64,000 bases of DNA from an uncultured Treponema sp. (GTDB lineage Bacteria > Spirochaetota > Spirochaetia > Treponematales > Treponemataceae). The stretch lies in NCBI GenBank assembly GCA_905372025.1, contig CAJPNP010000012.1, forward strand, positions 946 through 64,945. The letters run 5' to 3'. The translations under genes were made by a program, and so were the position numbers. Position 1 is the stretch's first letter. Each line of letters begins with the position of its first letter. Shown here in pieces: positions 18,826 to 27,790 of this stretch. Under the pieces are notes generated by a model. That model saw nothing but the letters and a program-made list of their open reading frames with translations, did no database searches and was not told the origin of the DNA.

Positions 18826-18865
18826 GAAGACAGCCGGCACAAAGCGTGATTTTTTCAGTAATTTT

Positions 18866-20107
18866 TTATTTAAAATCTTTGCAGTAATACATGCGTCCGT
18901 CGGTCCTATCGACCAATACGTCTTCGCCGTCACACTTGGCTTCGATAAAATAATGAGAGAACAACCCCACTTCATCGAATATAAAATCGCTGATAAAAGT
19001 TCCGTCCTTTTTCATAAGCGCATACTTATCCGAACCGTTACTCACCTTACTTACCCCCTTGCAAAACGGCGATATATAGGAAGCTTCAATACCGGTTTTT
19101 ACAACCTTAGCGTCCGTGTTTATTAAACACCAATTATTTGATGCATATTCTTGCCCGTCGAAAACCGCATATAAATCACCGTCAAGCAATAAAGCCGGAA
19201 GAATATTATCTTCAAAATGGTAATTTCGATAGTCATCATTTTCGGTACCGGGTAAAACTTTTACCGGGATTTTAAGCTCGTCGTACGCGTCAAAAAAACC
19301 GCATGCTTTGTCGCCGCTGCGTATACCGAAGGCAAGAGCGCTGTAAAAAGAATCCAGCTTATCAAAGATGTATTTTTCCCGTATTTCGCCTTGTTTGGTT
19401 AATATACGGAAATCGCCGCGCCATGTGTCTGACGATATATAGGTTGCGTCTTCGTCAGCGCTGAAATAGCCACAAACGGAACGGTAGATATTCGGGAAAA
19501 CCGGTTTGCCGTCAATATTCACATAGGTTTTGCGGAACAAGTGCGGACTTTCAGGATCGGTAATAACTGCATTCATATAATCGAGCGTACTCGAAGTAAG
19601 AAGCTGAACGTGCGGCAAAAGCTTTTTTTCTCCGCTGATTATGTTCACAATCATAGTTGAACCTTGCGGAACTCCCAAATCCAAATCGGGATTATAAGGT
19701 GTTTTTTCCCGCGCATAAACATAATACCAATCATTCGGCAAAAAGTCGATGTCATAAAACGAATCGATTTCCTGCCGGTTGCCGTATGAGTCTATAAGAT
19801 ATTTTCCCCACGTTTTTTCTTCGTTTTTTTGTACCAATGCAAATTCACCCGACACTCCCAGCAAGCGGGAGAATTCGGCAGAATACACCGTTTTCATATC
19901 TTGATCTATAAAACCGACTTTTTCATCCAACGTAAAAGGGATAAGCAAGCGCTTTTGTTTTTGTGCAGCAGCCGAATTCCCCCGACCAACGATTCCGGCA
20001 TCATCAGCAGAGACTTCCCGCACTGCGGCTTCTTCCTTTACCGCATCCTTCGCACATCCGTTCAAAAGAAAAAACACAGCAAAGGGAATGTAGAAAAACT
20101 TTTTCAT
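18866..20107 (-). CDS. WG-repeat-like lipoprotein, candidate immunity/accessory protein
   Basis: Lipobox LLNGC; KVGFIDQD, CGFFDAY, FCKGVSKV, KYALMKKDG repeats; SD AAGGAGG. Confidence 0.72.
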   Translation of the reverse strand: MKKFFYIPFAVFFLLNGCAKDAVKEEAAVREVSADDAGIVGRGNSAAAQKQKRLLIPFTLDEKVGFIDQDMKTVYSAEFSRLLGVSGEFALVQKNEEKTWGKYLIDSYGNRQEIDSFYDIDFLPNDWYYVYAREKTPYNPDLDLGVPQGSTMIVNIISGEKKLLPHVQLLTSSTLDYMNAVITDPESPHLFRKTYVNIDGKPVFPNIYRSVCGYFSADEDATYISSDTWRGDFRILTKQGEIREKYIFDKLDSFYSALAFGIRSGDKACGFFDAYDELKIPVKVLPGTENDDYRNYHFEDNILPALLLDGDLYAVFDGQEYASNNWCLINTDAKVVKTGIEASYISPFCKGVSKVSNGSDKYALMKKDGTFISDFIFDEVGLFSHYFIEAKCDGEDVLVDRTDGRMYYCKDFK

Positions 20108-20287
20108 ACGGCAACCTCCTTCGTTACCTTCGTAAAGGTTTTATTCCCCGTGCCTATAGGTCGGATTCCGGAACAGAAAATTTCTCGAACATTTGGTCGG
20201 CGGTATTAAAATAAAATATAATCGAAAAAAATAAAAAAGATTTATGCATCGCCGACCTTCCGGTATAAAGTTACCTTTGCTTCCACC

Positions 20288-21424
20288 TTATGGTTCCCGT
20301 GCCGTTATATACCCCGAAAAGCACCAGCCCTCCGTACCGTCCTGTAAGCGCACTTTCACCCACGGCGCCGTTATGCCGTCTATATGTGCCGTTTGTCCCG
20401 TTTGCATAAGCGTAAGCGCTTGCCCCTTCGGTATCAAGCCTACTTTTTGCGCCTGTAAATTCGGTTCGGAGCGTATGTTTAAGTTATCTGAAGTATAATA
20501 TACCGAACCGATGCTGTAACGGCCGGCGGATGTCTTTTGTGCCGATTGAGGGGTAGCGGATGCATTTCGAACCATACGAATACCTCTGTAATATCTTTTT
20601 AAAGGATCACTGCCGCCCCTAGCAGATAAAACAGCCATATACGAAAGCATGTTTCCCCCTACATCTTTTTTATCGGGATAACAACTACAGGTTCCGCATG
20701 AAAGGCGCGATTTATTTATACCTTCGTCCCCTGCAGAATTCGGTTTTATATCCCAGCACCATTCCCATGCATTCCCGAATACATCGTATAAACCGACGGG
20801 GTTCGGCTCAAGTTTCCCAACCGGCTCGGTCGATGAGGAATTCGTCGCAACCCATGCATATGTTTCTACGGGTTTTGTTTCCCACCACTTTGATTTTATT
20901 CCTTCCAAACCGCCCAGTGCAAAATAAATCCATTCGGTTTCTTCCGGCAGCCGGTAGCCGTCGGCATTTTTATTGATACCGATTTTAGGCATTTTTACCG
21001 GTTTAGGATAGGTATACGAGCTTTGTGTCGGTATGCTGCCTTTTAACGTATAAACCGGCGTATAGCCTTCTTTTTTACTCCGCCAATTACAATATTCAAG
21101 CGCTTCAAAAAATGTTATACCTACGGCAGCCGATTCGGGATACGACATAAGATTATAATAATTTAGCTGTACCGCCGTAATGTTATAGAATTCCTTTTTG
21201 CCCGTTTCACTTATAAAAGCTTCCCACTCTTTTCGGGTCGTTTCGTATTTTTGCACGTATAAATCAGGCACCGTAATTTCTTCAGAGCCTATACCAAGCA
21301 GTTTTTTCCAATTATATACTCCGCCTTGTACAAATATGCTTTCAACAGGAATTACGGCAGGTTCAGCTGCATAACAGAAAAAAGCGAAAATAAAAAATAA
21401 TAGAGGTATAACATTCTTTTTCAT
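20288..21424 (-). CDS. Exported FGE-sulfatase (SUMF1-like) domain protein with C-terminal SH3b domain, candidate immunity protein
   Basis: Signal peptide; YRLPEETEW, PNPVGLYDVFGNAWEWCWD, GIRMVRN; SH3b LNIRSEP...WVKVRLQDGTEGWCFSGYI; starts 4 nt after the toxin stop. Confidence 0.85.
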   Translation of the reverse strand: MKKNVIPLLFFIFAFFCYAAEPAVIPVESIFVQGGVYNWKKLLGIGSEEITVPDLYVQKYETTRKEWEAFISETGKKEFYNITAVQLNYYNLMSYPESAAVGITFFEALEYCNWRSKKEGYTPVYTLKGSIPTQSSYTYPKPVKMPKIGINKNADGYRLPEETEWIYFALGGLEGIKSKWWETKPVETYAWVATNSSSTEPVGKLEPNPVGLYDVFGNAWEWCWDIKPNSAGDEGINKSRLSCGTCSCYPDKKDVGGNMLSYMAVLSARGGSDPLKRYYRGIRMVRNASATPQSAQKTSAGRYSIGSVYYTSDNLNIRSEPNLQAQKVGLIPKGQALTLMQTGQTAHIDGITAPWVKVRLQDGTEGWCFSGYITAREP

Positions 21425-21427
21425 CTT

Positions 21428-22702
21428 TTATTCTCCCAATTCTAATCGTTGCACAGGACGTATTTGAGATATGGTATAATCATTCAAGCCGGTTCCCGGG
21501 TCATTTTCTTGCCACGGCTTGTTTTGAACCATCGTAAAATGACAGATATCTTTACTTGAGTCACCTGTTTTATAACATTCTGCAATACCGAATTCATAAT
21601 TACCGGCTTTAAAGTTTTCTTCCGACAGCTTTAAAAGCTGGTATCCGTTCTCTTTCGGATATACGTATTCATAATACATAGATGCATTCGATTCTTTGGC
21701 TAACGCTTTTGATGTTTTTGAAAAATCGGGAACTTCACCGTCCGATTTTATATATACATCTTTAGCCCCTCTCATAAAATTATCTACACCCTTATCTTCC
21801 AAGCCGTCTTTCACACGATACATATTTACTATATCGGTTAGATAGCAAAGTGTATTTGGATAATCATATTTTTGTTCCAACTCTTTTTGCTTTATCATTT
21901 TACCGGAAAAAAGAGGTTCTTCTTTCTTTTTATCTTTTAATAATTTATCGGCTTTATCATATGCATCCGGTAAACCGTTTTTTTCTTTTCCCTGCAGTGT
22001 GTTCCGCCCTTCGCCTGCACCGCCTTTTAAACCACGACTAAAGCGTCCTTTAATACTGGCGCCAACATCCACTCTTTTTCCGTTAAACCAATCACTTATT
22101 TTTTCTCCCCATCCTTTTTTCGGTTCAGGTTTCAAAGAAGTTTCCTCACCCTTGTTCGGCTTAGGCGCCGGTTGACTTTGCTCAGGCGGCGTATAGCCGC
22201 TTCCCCAATAACCGCTGTCTGAATCATCGCCGCTTGAATAATCGTCACCCGAGCTGTCATTTGATGAAGAATCTCCCGATAAATCCGAATTACCCGAAGA
22301 ATCGCCCGTACTGCCGGATGAACCTCCACCAGACGACCCGCCGGAAGTCAGGCCGTTCCAATAATTATTCCAGCCGTCGCAAGTACTTCCTCCGGTATCG
22401 TCGGAATCACTGCCGATTACGGGTTCTGAAGGAGAGGAAGAAGGCGGAGCAGACGAGCTTCCGCCTGAAGAGCCGCCCGATGAACCGCTGTCCGATGATG
22501 AACTTGAACCGCCGGGAGAATGGCCGCCGTTTGCTATAGTATCCGAAACATCATCTGTGCTCGGATCGTCTATAACATGGCGGCCCCCGTTTACCGCAAG
22601 CAATTCTTCAAAACTCAGTTCCCTGATCCCCGAAGCTTCGAATTCTTCATCGGAGAATTCGAAGCGTTCTGCAAAAGCCTGTCGTCTCTTTGTCTTTGCC
22701 AT
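21428..22702 (-). CDS. Polymorphic toxin/large bacteriocin precursor 2 (double-glycine leader, Ser/Gly/Asp linker, papain/C39-like C-terminal domain)
   Basis: ATG at 22702 with GGAGG SD; leader ...IRELSFEELLAVNGG; SGYTPPEQSQPAPKP linker motif; C-terminal IKQ...LCYLT...CHFTMV...ENDPG (Gln/Cys/His/Asp). Confidence 0.78.
   Translation of the reverse strand: MAKTKRRQAFAERFEFSDEEFEASGIRELSFEELLAVNGGRHVIDDPSTDDVSDTIANGGHSPGGSSSSSDSGSSGGSSGGSSSAPPSSSPSEPVIGSDSDDTGGSTCDGWNNYWNGLTSGGSSGGGSSGSTGDSSGNSDLSGDSSSNDSSGDDYSSGDDSDSGYWGSGYTPPEQSQPAPKPNKGEETSLKPEPKKGWGEKISDWFNGKRVDVGASIKGRFSRGLKGGAGEGRNTLQGKEKNGLPDAYDKADKLLKDKKKEEPLFSGKMIKQKELEQKYDYPNTLCYLTDIVNMYRVKDGLEDKGVDNFMRGAKDVYIKSDGEVPDFSKTSKALAKESNASMYYEYVYPKENGYQLLKLSEENFKAGNYEFGIAECYKTGDSSKDICHFTMVQNKPWQENDPGTGLNDYTISQIRPVQRLELGE
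22157..22202. repeat. Partial third copy of repeat A
   Basis: 25-bp exact match cggcttaggcgccggttgactttgc to 15554..15578, continuing imperfectly. Confidence 0.85.
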
Positions 22703-23064
22703 TGTAACCTCCTGTAAGGGGGAAACGTGCCTGCCGGCTGAATGCAATCGACAGTTCCCAACCCTTTACGGTTATTATCAGTCTCGACGAGCAAAAAAAC
22801 AGAGTTTTTAAGAAAAAAAATTATTTTTTTTTCTTAAAAACGACAAGAGGATAGCGAGTATTGCAGATAGAAGTACGGTAGCTATCAATAAAGTATGATA
22901 GACTCTAAATGTGAATTTTGTAAAGCGGAAAACCCCCAAAAAGTTACACAAAACGGGTAAAGTCCTCCGTGCAGGGCGATACCGTTCGAAATCGACGCTA
23001 TTGCAAAACTGCGCACGGAAAGAGCCGCAGCATTAAGTGCTTTTACGTTCATTTTATCCCCCTG

Positions 23065-24537
23065 TTATTTTATAACCGAAAACGCGTTTTTCTTTTTACG
23101 GTGCATAACGTCGGTTAAAACTTCTTCTATATCTTCAAAACTTGCGCTCATCCCGTCAAGAGATGCGGCGGCCGAATTCAAATCGGCATCGGTTACGTTT
23201 TCCTGATACAGCAGCACTTCGATAAGATGACCCGTATGGGCGAAAAGCTGAGACAAAATCACCAAATCCTGCTGCGGAAAAACATCCGCCGGCAGCCCGC
23301 ACAAATCGAGCTCGCAAATAAGCGTTACGAGCGCCGAATACAATTCGAGCGCGGCTTGGCGCACTTCGCCCTTATTAAAATCGGTAAAGCGATTGTACGT
23401 TTCGGCCAGTACGGCATAGCGCGATTCAAGGTGCAATAAAAACGTTTTGAGCTGCCAGTCTTCGAGTACGTGCGCTTCGGGAATAATCCGTTTTAAAACA
23501 TCGGTTCTGCTGCGGTCTTTTCGGTACAGCGAATCGTAAATGTACGCGTCGATGATAAATTCGGGAACGGGAATTCCGATTTCGGCATACAGCGTATCCG
23601 AAATGTCGATTTCAGGCTGAATTTGCCCCTTCCACAAGGGCGAATCGTACACTTCTTCGCCCTTTTTCCACAAACGGGTTTCAACGCCGTATTCGGCAAA
23701 CTCGATGCCGTGCGCCTGCTCAAGAAATTCTTCCATAGAACCGCATTCGGGCGTACACAAAAGCCGCGTGTGCCCCAAATACGCAAGCGCAAGCTGCTCT
23801 TCGATGCCGGAACAGGGGCCGTAGGTGTCTATAACGTTTTGCAGGCACGAATCCATGTAGCGGTACCAAAAACTGCGCCGGTCGTCTTCGGCGGTCGATT
23901 CAAAAAGATGCGAGCGTTCCTGCTTTAAAAACGAAAGCTCGACCGTTCCCTTGTCCCAATCGACGACTTTGGCAAGCAAGCGGTCTTTGTATGCGAAATT
24001 CCAGCGCTCATAGAGCGCCTTCATATTGCACACGGTTAAATTGATTTTATTGGGAATTTCGTAATCGTTTTCGGCAAAGTTGTATTTTTCGTTGCCCGGA
24101 TCGAGTGCCAAAAACTGCGGAACGTATTCTTCGCCGAACAGGCGGTACATATCCAAAATGTCGTCCGCTGCGACCGGAATACATTTTTTCGTCACGGCTT
24201 TTTTATCGGTATAAAAATTCAATTCGTGCGGAAACATTTCCGGATCGGTAAAGGGCATGCAGCGGTGCCCGACAACCAAAATGCCCTCTTGTATTTCAAA
24301 CCGCGAAGGTTTTATGCTGAAGTATTCGCCCGTAAAAAGCCCGGCGCGGCTTATATAGTCGTTTCCGTTCAGCTCAAACGCCAATGGATGCGAGTCAAGA
24401 TATTCGGGAATCTCGCGCACGTTCACATGAAAACCCTGCTGCAGCAAATGGCGCTGCACGGTTTTCGGCGTAAAAACGGCGATATGCACCCGCAAAAACG
24501 CGTTTACCTCTTCAAACGGAAAGTCTTCTTTAACCAT
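23065..24537 (-). CDS. Hypothetical protein (490 aa, acidic)
   Basis: Long ORF with host-like composition; no motif recognised. Confidence 0.7.
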   Translation of the reverse strand: MVKEDFPFEEVNAFLRVHIAVFTPKTVQRHLLQQGFHVNVREIPEYLDSHPLAFELNGNDYISRAGLFTGEYFSIKPSRFEIQEGILVVGHRCMPFTDPEMFPHELNFYTDKKAVTKKCIPVAADDILDMYRLFGEEYVPQFLALDPGNEKYNFAENDYEIPNKINLTVCNMKALYERWNFAYKDRLLAKVVDWDKGTVELSFLKQERSHLFESTAEDDRRSFWYRYMDSCLQNVIDTYGPCSGIEEQLALAYLGHTRLLCTPECGSMEEFLEQAHGIEFAEYGVETRLWKKGEEVYDSPLWKGQIQPEIDISDTLYAEIGIPVPEFIIDAYIYDSLYRKDRSRTDVLKRIIPEAHVLEDWQLKTFLLHLESRYAVLAETYNRFTDFNKGEVRQAALELYSALVTLICELDLCGLPADVFPQQDLVILSQLFAHTGHLIEVLLYQENVTDADLNSAAASLDGMSASFEDIEEVLTDVMHRKKKNAFSVIK

Positions 24538-24791
24538 GACCGTTCAATTATACCACATAAATACAAAAAGGAAAATGCGCAACTCGGTCATACAATGGCA
24601 TGCCCTCGTTGCGCGAGTTTGCCGTAAGACAAATCTCGGGCAAAGAATTGTACAGGGACGTACAATTCTTTGTCGCTATTCACAGGCACTTTTTCCCCTC
24701 TCCTCATAAGCATGTGCTTTTTTCGACTTTTCGTTCATACCGGATTCCCCACGCTTGCTCAAAAATCCCCTTTTTTTATTTAAAAGCCATA

Positions 24792-24836
24792 AGTGTGTCA
24801 AAACAACACTTTTAACACGTGTGTTTTTGATACACT
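24792..24836. promoter_or_regulatory. Candidate upstream activator site (inverted repeat) for a sigma54 enhancer-binding protein
   Basis: AGTGTGTCAAAACAACAC-9 nt-GTGTGTTTTTGATACACT (15/18 arm match), about 220 nt upstream of a sigma54 box. Confidence 0.5.
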
Positions 24837-25052
24837 GCGCCGTTTTTGCCGTATGCGCTGCATATTTAGCGGGAAATATCCTTCGTCTGTGCCGAATATA
24901 CAGCGCACATATTTACCCGCCGAAAGCCCCGTGTTAGCCGCACCGTCTTATTCCTTACTATACAATAAAATAAAAACAATCACAAAAGGCTGCGCGGTTC
25001 CGCCTACAGCTCTGCAACACATTCCCGCATTTTTCCGGCTGTAAACAAAAGT

Positions 25053-25068
25053 TGGCACGCTTATTGCA
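25053..25068 (+). promoter_or_regulatory. sigma54 (RpoN) -24/-12 promoter of hsp20
   Basis: TGGCACG-CTTA-TTGCA, an exact match to TGGCACG-N4-TTGC(A/T), 70 nt upstream of the ATG. Confidence 0.8.
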
Positions 25069-25138
25069 ATATCATAAATGACGCACAGCGGCACCGCTGC
25101 AATGCGAATATAAACAAAACCAATTCAGGAGGCACAAA

Positions 25139-25561
25139 ATGAATACCTTATCCTTTTTTAATCCGAGATTTACATCAGACCTGTTCGATGTAATCGACCG
25201 CAACTTTTCGGAATCGCCGGCCGACGGCAAAAACCGGCTGCCGCGCGTAGACGTTCGGGAAACCAAAGACGCGTACATCCTCGACATGGAACTTCCCGGC
25301 TGCACCGATAAAGACGTGCAAATCAATTTGAAAGACCGCGTGCTTTCGATAAGCTCGGCAAAAGAGCAAAAAGAAGAAAAAACCGAAGGCGACTGGCTCA
25401 TTAAAGAGCGCGTGTCGAGCAACTTTTCGCGCAGCTTTACGCTCCCCGAAGACATAGACAGCGAAAAGGTTTCGGCAGGTTTCAAAAACGGCTTGTTGTC
25501 AGTCAGCATCCCGCGCAGGGCCGAAACAAAATCCCGCGCAATCGCCATAACGGCAAACTAA
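25139..25561 (+). CDS. Small heat shock protein (Hsp20/alpha-crystallin)
   Basis: PRVDVRETKDAYILDMELPG...FSRSFTLPEDIDSEKVSAGFKNGLLSVSIP; SD AGGAGG. Confidence 0.95.
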   Translation: MNTLSFFNPRFTSDLFDVIDRNFSESPADGKNRLPRVDVRETKDAYILDMELPGCTDKDVQINLKDRVLSISSAKEQKEEKTEGDWLIKERVSSNFSRSFTLPEDIDSEKVSAGFKNGLLSVSIPRRAETKSRAIAITAN

Positions 25562-25807
25562 GGTTCCGATAAGGGGTTTAGGAGGGGAGCGGCAACATAC
25601 GGCTTGCAGCTCCCCTGGCTGCAAAGGGCGGCGCGCCGGTTTTCTTTCCGGAATTCAGGTAACTTTTAAAACAGCTTTGCCGCCCTTTTCCGCCACCCCA
25701 CTGCCCCGGTAAAACGTCGCAGGTTCTATTATTAAAAAGGCGTTGAGAAAACTGATAAGAGCCTTGTTGCCTTCCTCGCCTGAGATTAATGGGTGGAGGA
25801 ACTTTCC

Positions 25808-27019
25808 TTAGAATTCCGTGCTCAACAAAAAGTCCGCCGCATGCATCGTTTTGATGCCTTTATAATTGCCGCCTGCAAAATCGTCGGTTCTTAAAACGTA
25901 TTTGGGATAATTATCGTTTATTTCCAAAAGCCGGTCGTATTCACGCCGTTCCGTTTTTTCATCGGCAATGATTTGCGCAACCTGCACATAGATTTTTTCA
26001 TTTTGCCGTACCGCCACAAAATCAACTTCGCCCGTTTTCGTCTTTAAAACATATACCGAGTATCCTCTGCGGCACAGCTCCAAGTACACGACATTTTCAA
26101 GGGCGGCGGCAACGCTGTTCGGATTATACCCCAAAACGCTGTAACGCAAAGCGGTATCCGCCGCGTAAAATTTTTCCTGCGTTTTCAATAATTCTTTGCC
26201 CTGCAAATCATACCGCGAACAGCGATGCAAAAGATAGGCTTTTTCCAAACTTTCCAAATAATTGTACACCGTTTCATTATCGATTTTTCTGTGTTCCGCC
26301 TTTAAATAATCGGAAATCGATTTTGCCGAAAACGTATTTCCGATATTTTGAAAAACGTATTTTACGACGCGCTCAAGCTGATCGATTTTCCGTATGCGGT
26401 TGCGCTTTACGATATCGGAAAAAATAACGGAATTATAAATATCACGAACGATTGTATATACATCTTCCTGCGAATATTTTTGAAGATGCACGGCCGGGAA
26501 ACCGCCCGAGCGAATGTATAAGGCAAGCTCTTTTTTCGGATCATCCGGCATGTCATACGCCGCTTTAAAAGAAAGATATTCGACAAACGACAGTGTAAAA
26601 ACCTTAAAACTTATATACCGTCCCGTCAAATAAGTGGATATTTCCGACGACATCATGCGCGAATTCGATCCGGTTACATAAATATCGACATCACAGTCCG
26701 CCGCCAAAGAATTCACGGCTCTTTCCCATCCGTCTATTTCCTGTACTTCATCCAAAAAAAAATATGTTTTTTCCTTGGCGCACACGCGGCTCTTAAGTTT
26801 CTCGAACAGGTGCTTTGCCGTCATGGCTTCATATTCCATCGAATCGAAGCGGAAACCGACAATGCGCTCTTCGTCTATATTGCGCTCCGATATGAGTTTT
26901 TGTCTAACCATGTTAAGAACGGTGGACTTTCCGCAGCGCCGGACTCCCGTAAGAATCTTTACAAAGGGCGTGTCCGCATAGCGCAGTATTTTGTCCGTGT
27001 ATGCAGGTCTTTCAATCAT
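25808..27019 (-). CDS. AAA-family ATP-binding protein (AAA_14 + DUF4143-like)
   Basis: Walker A GVRRCGKST, FLDEVQ, TGSNS, GGFP, LENVVYLEL, EVDFV...YVQV. Confidence 0.88.
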   Translation of the reverse strand: MIERPAYTDKILRYADTPFVKILTGVRRCGKSTVLNMVRQKLISERNIDEERIVGFRFDSMEYEAMTAKHLFEKLKSRVCAKEKTYFFLDEVQEIDGWERAVNSLAADCDVDIYVTGSNSRMMSSEISTYLTGRYISFKVFTLSFVEYLSFKAAYDMPDDPKKELALYIRSGGFPAVHLQKYSQEDVYTIVRDIYNSVIFSDIVKRNRIRKIDQLERVVKYVFQNIGNTFSAKSISDYLKAEHRKIDNETVYNYLESLEKAYLLHRCSRYDLQGKELLKTQEKFYAADTALRYSVLGYNPNSVAAALENVVYLELCRRGYSVYVLKTKTGEVDFVAVRQNEKIYVQVAQIIADEKTERREYDRLLEINDNYPKYVLRTDDFAGGNYKGIKTMHAADFLLSTEF

Positions 27020-27139
27020 GCCGGTACCTCGACTATAGTATAACCGCAAAATTCATTAAAAATCAATACTTTTGCGGTTATAACCGGAAAAACTCAGTAA
27101 AAATTGCGGTTTTTGCGGGTACAGACGGCAGCTCCCCCG

Positions 27140-27778
27140 CTAGCGGATATCTTCGACAACGGCACCTGTGTCTTTTAAGATATTTTGCAAAGCGTCTTTT
27201 TTTAAGCCGGAAACCTTTACCATGCAGCGCCGGTGTTTTACGTCTTCGCCTTCGGCAGTTACAAGCGACACGATGTTCCCGTCCGAGTCGGCAATGGCTT
27301 TTGCAAGGCGCGCGATTTGACCCGGTTTTTCATCGAGCGAAAATGTGGCGCGCACTCCCTGATGGCGGGCGCCGAACATATCTACAAAGGCGTGGAAGAG
27401 ATCTTTTTCGGTAACGATGCCGACTAAAAGGCTGCCGCGCATAACGGGCAGACAGGTAATGTCTTTATCGGCCATAATGCGCGCGGCTTCTTCAACCACT
27501 TCCGTTTCCTGCACGATGCTTACGTCTTTTTCCATTATTTTTTTGACTGTAAGTTTCGACAGCAAATAGCTTATTTCGTACATGTCCAGCGTCGTAGCGG
27601 GCGACGGGCCGGCTTTAAGTAAATCTTTTTTTGTAACAATTCCTACAAGGTTATCGTTTTTATCCAAAACGGGGAATTTGCTCACCCCTTCCTTTGACAT
27701 AAGCGCTTTAACGTCGTTTACGGACATATCGGGAGCAATACACACCGGATTTTTAGTCATAACATCGGCAACAATCAT
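27140..27778 (-). CDS. CBS + ACT domain protein (AcuB-like)
   Basis: Tandem CBS (VADVMTKNPV...LVGIVT) and C-terminal ACT (DEKPGQIARLAK). Confidence 0.88.
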   Translation of the reverse strand: MIVADVMTKNPVCIAPDMSVNDVKALMSKEGVSKFPVLDKNDNLVGIVTKKDLLKAGPSPATTLDMYEISYLLSKLTVKKIMEKDVSIVQETEVVEEAARIMADKDITCLPVMRGSLLVGIVTEKDLFHAFVDMFGARHQGVRATFSLDEKPGQIARLAKAIADSDGNIVSLVTAEGEDVKHRRCMVKVSGLKKDALQNILKDTGAVVEDIR

Positions 27779-27790
27779 ACTTCCTTCCTT

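Noticed and set aside
20288..21424. FGE-domain protein as a diversity-generating retroelement target
   Set aside because: No reverse transcriptase and no template repeat differing at adenines in the window; the FGE domain is not C-terminal. A remote DGR cannot be excluded.
22703..23064. Riboswitch or small RNA upstream of toxin precursor 2
   Set aside because: Some pairing potential (TCCGTGC..GCACGGA) but no recognisable family motif; unsupported.
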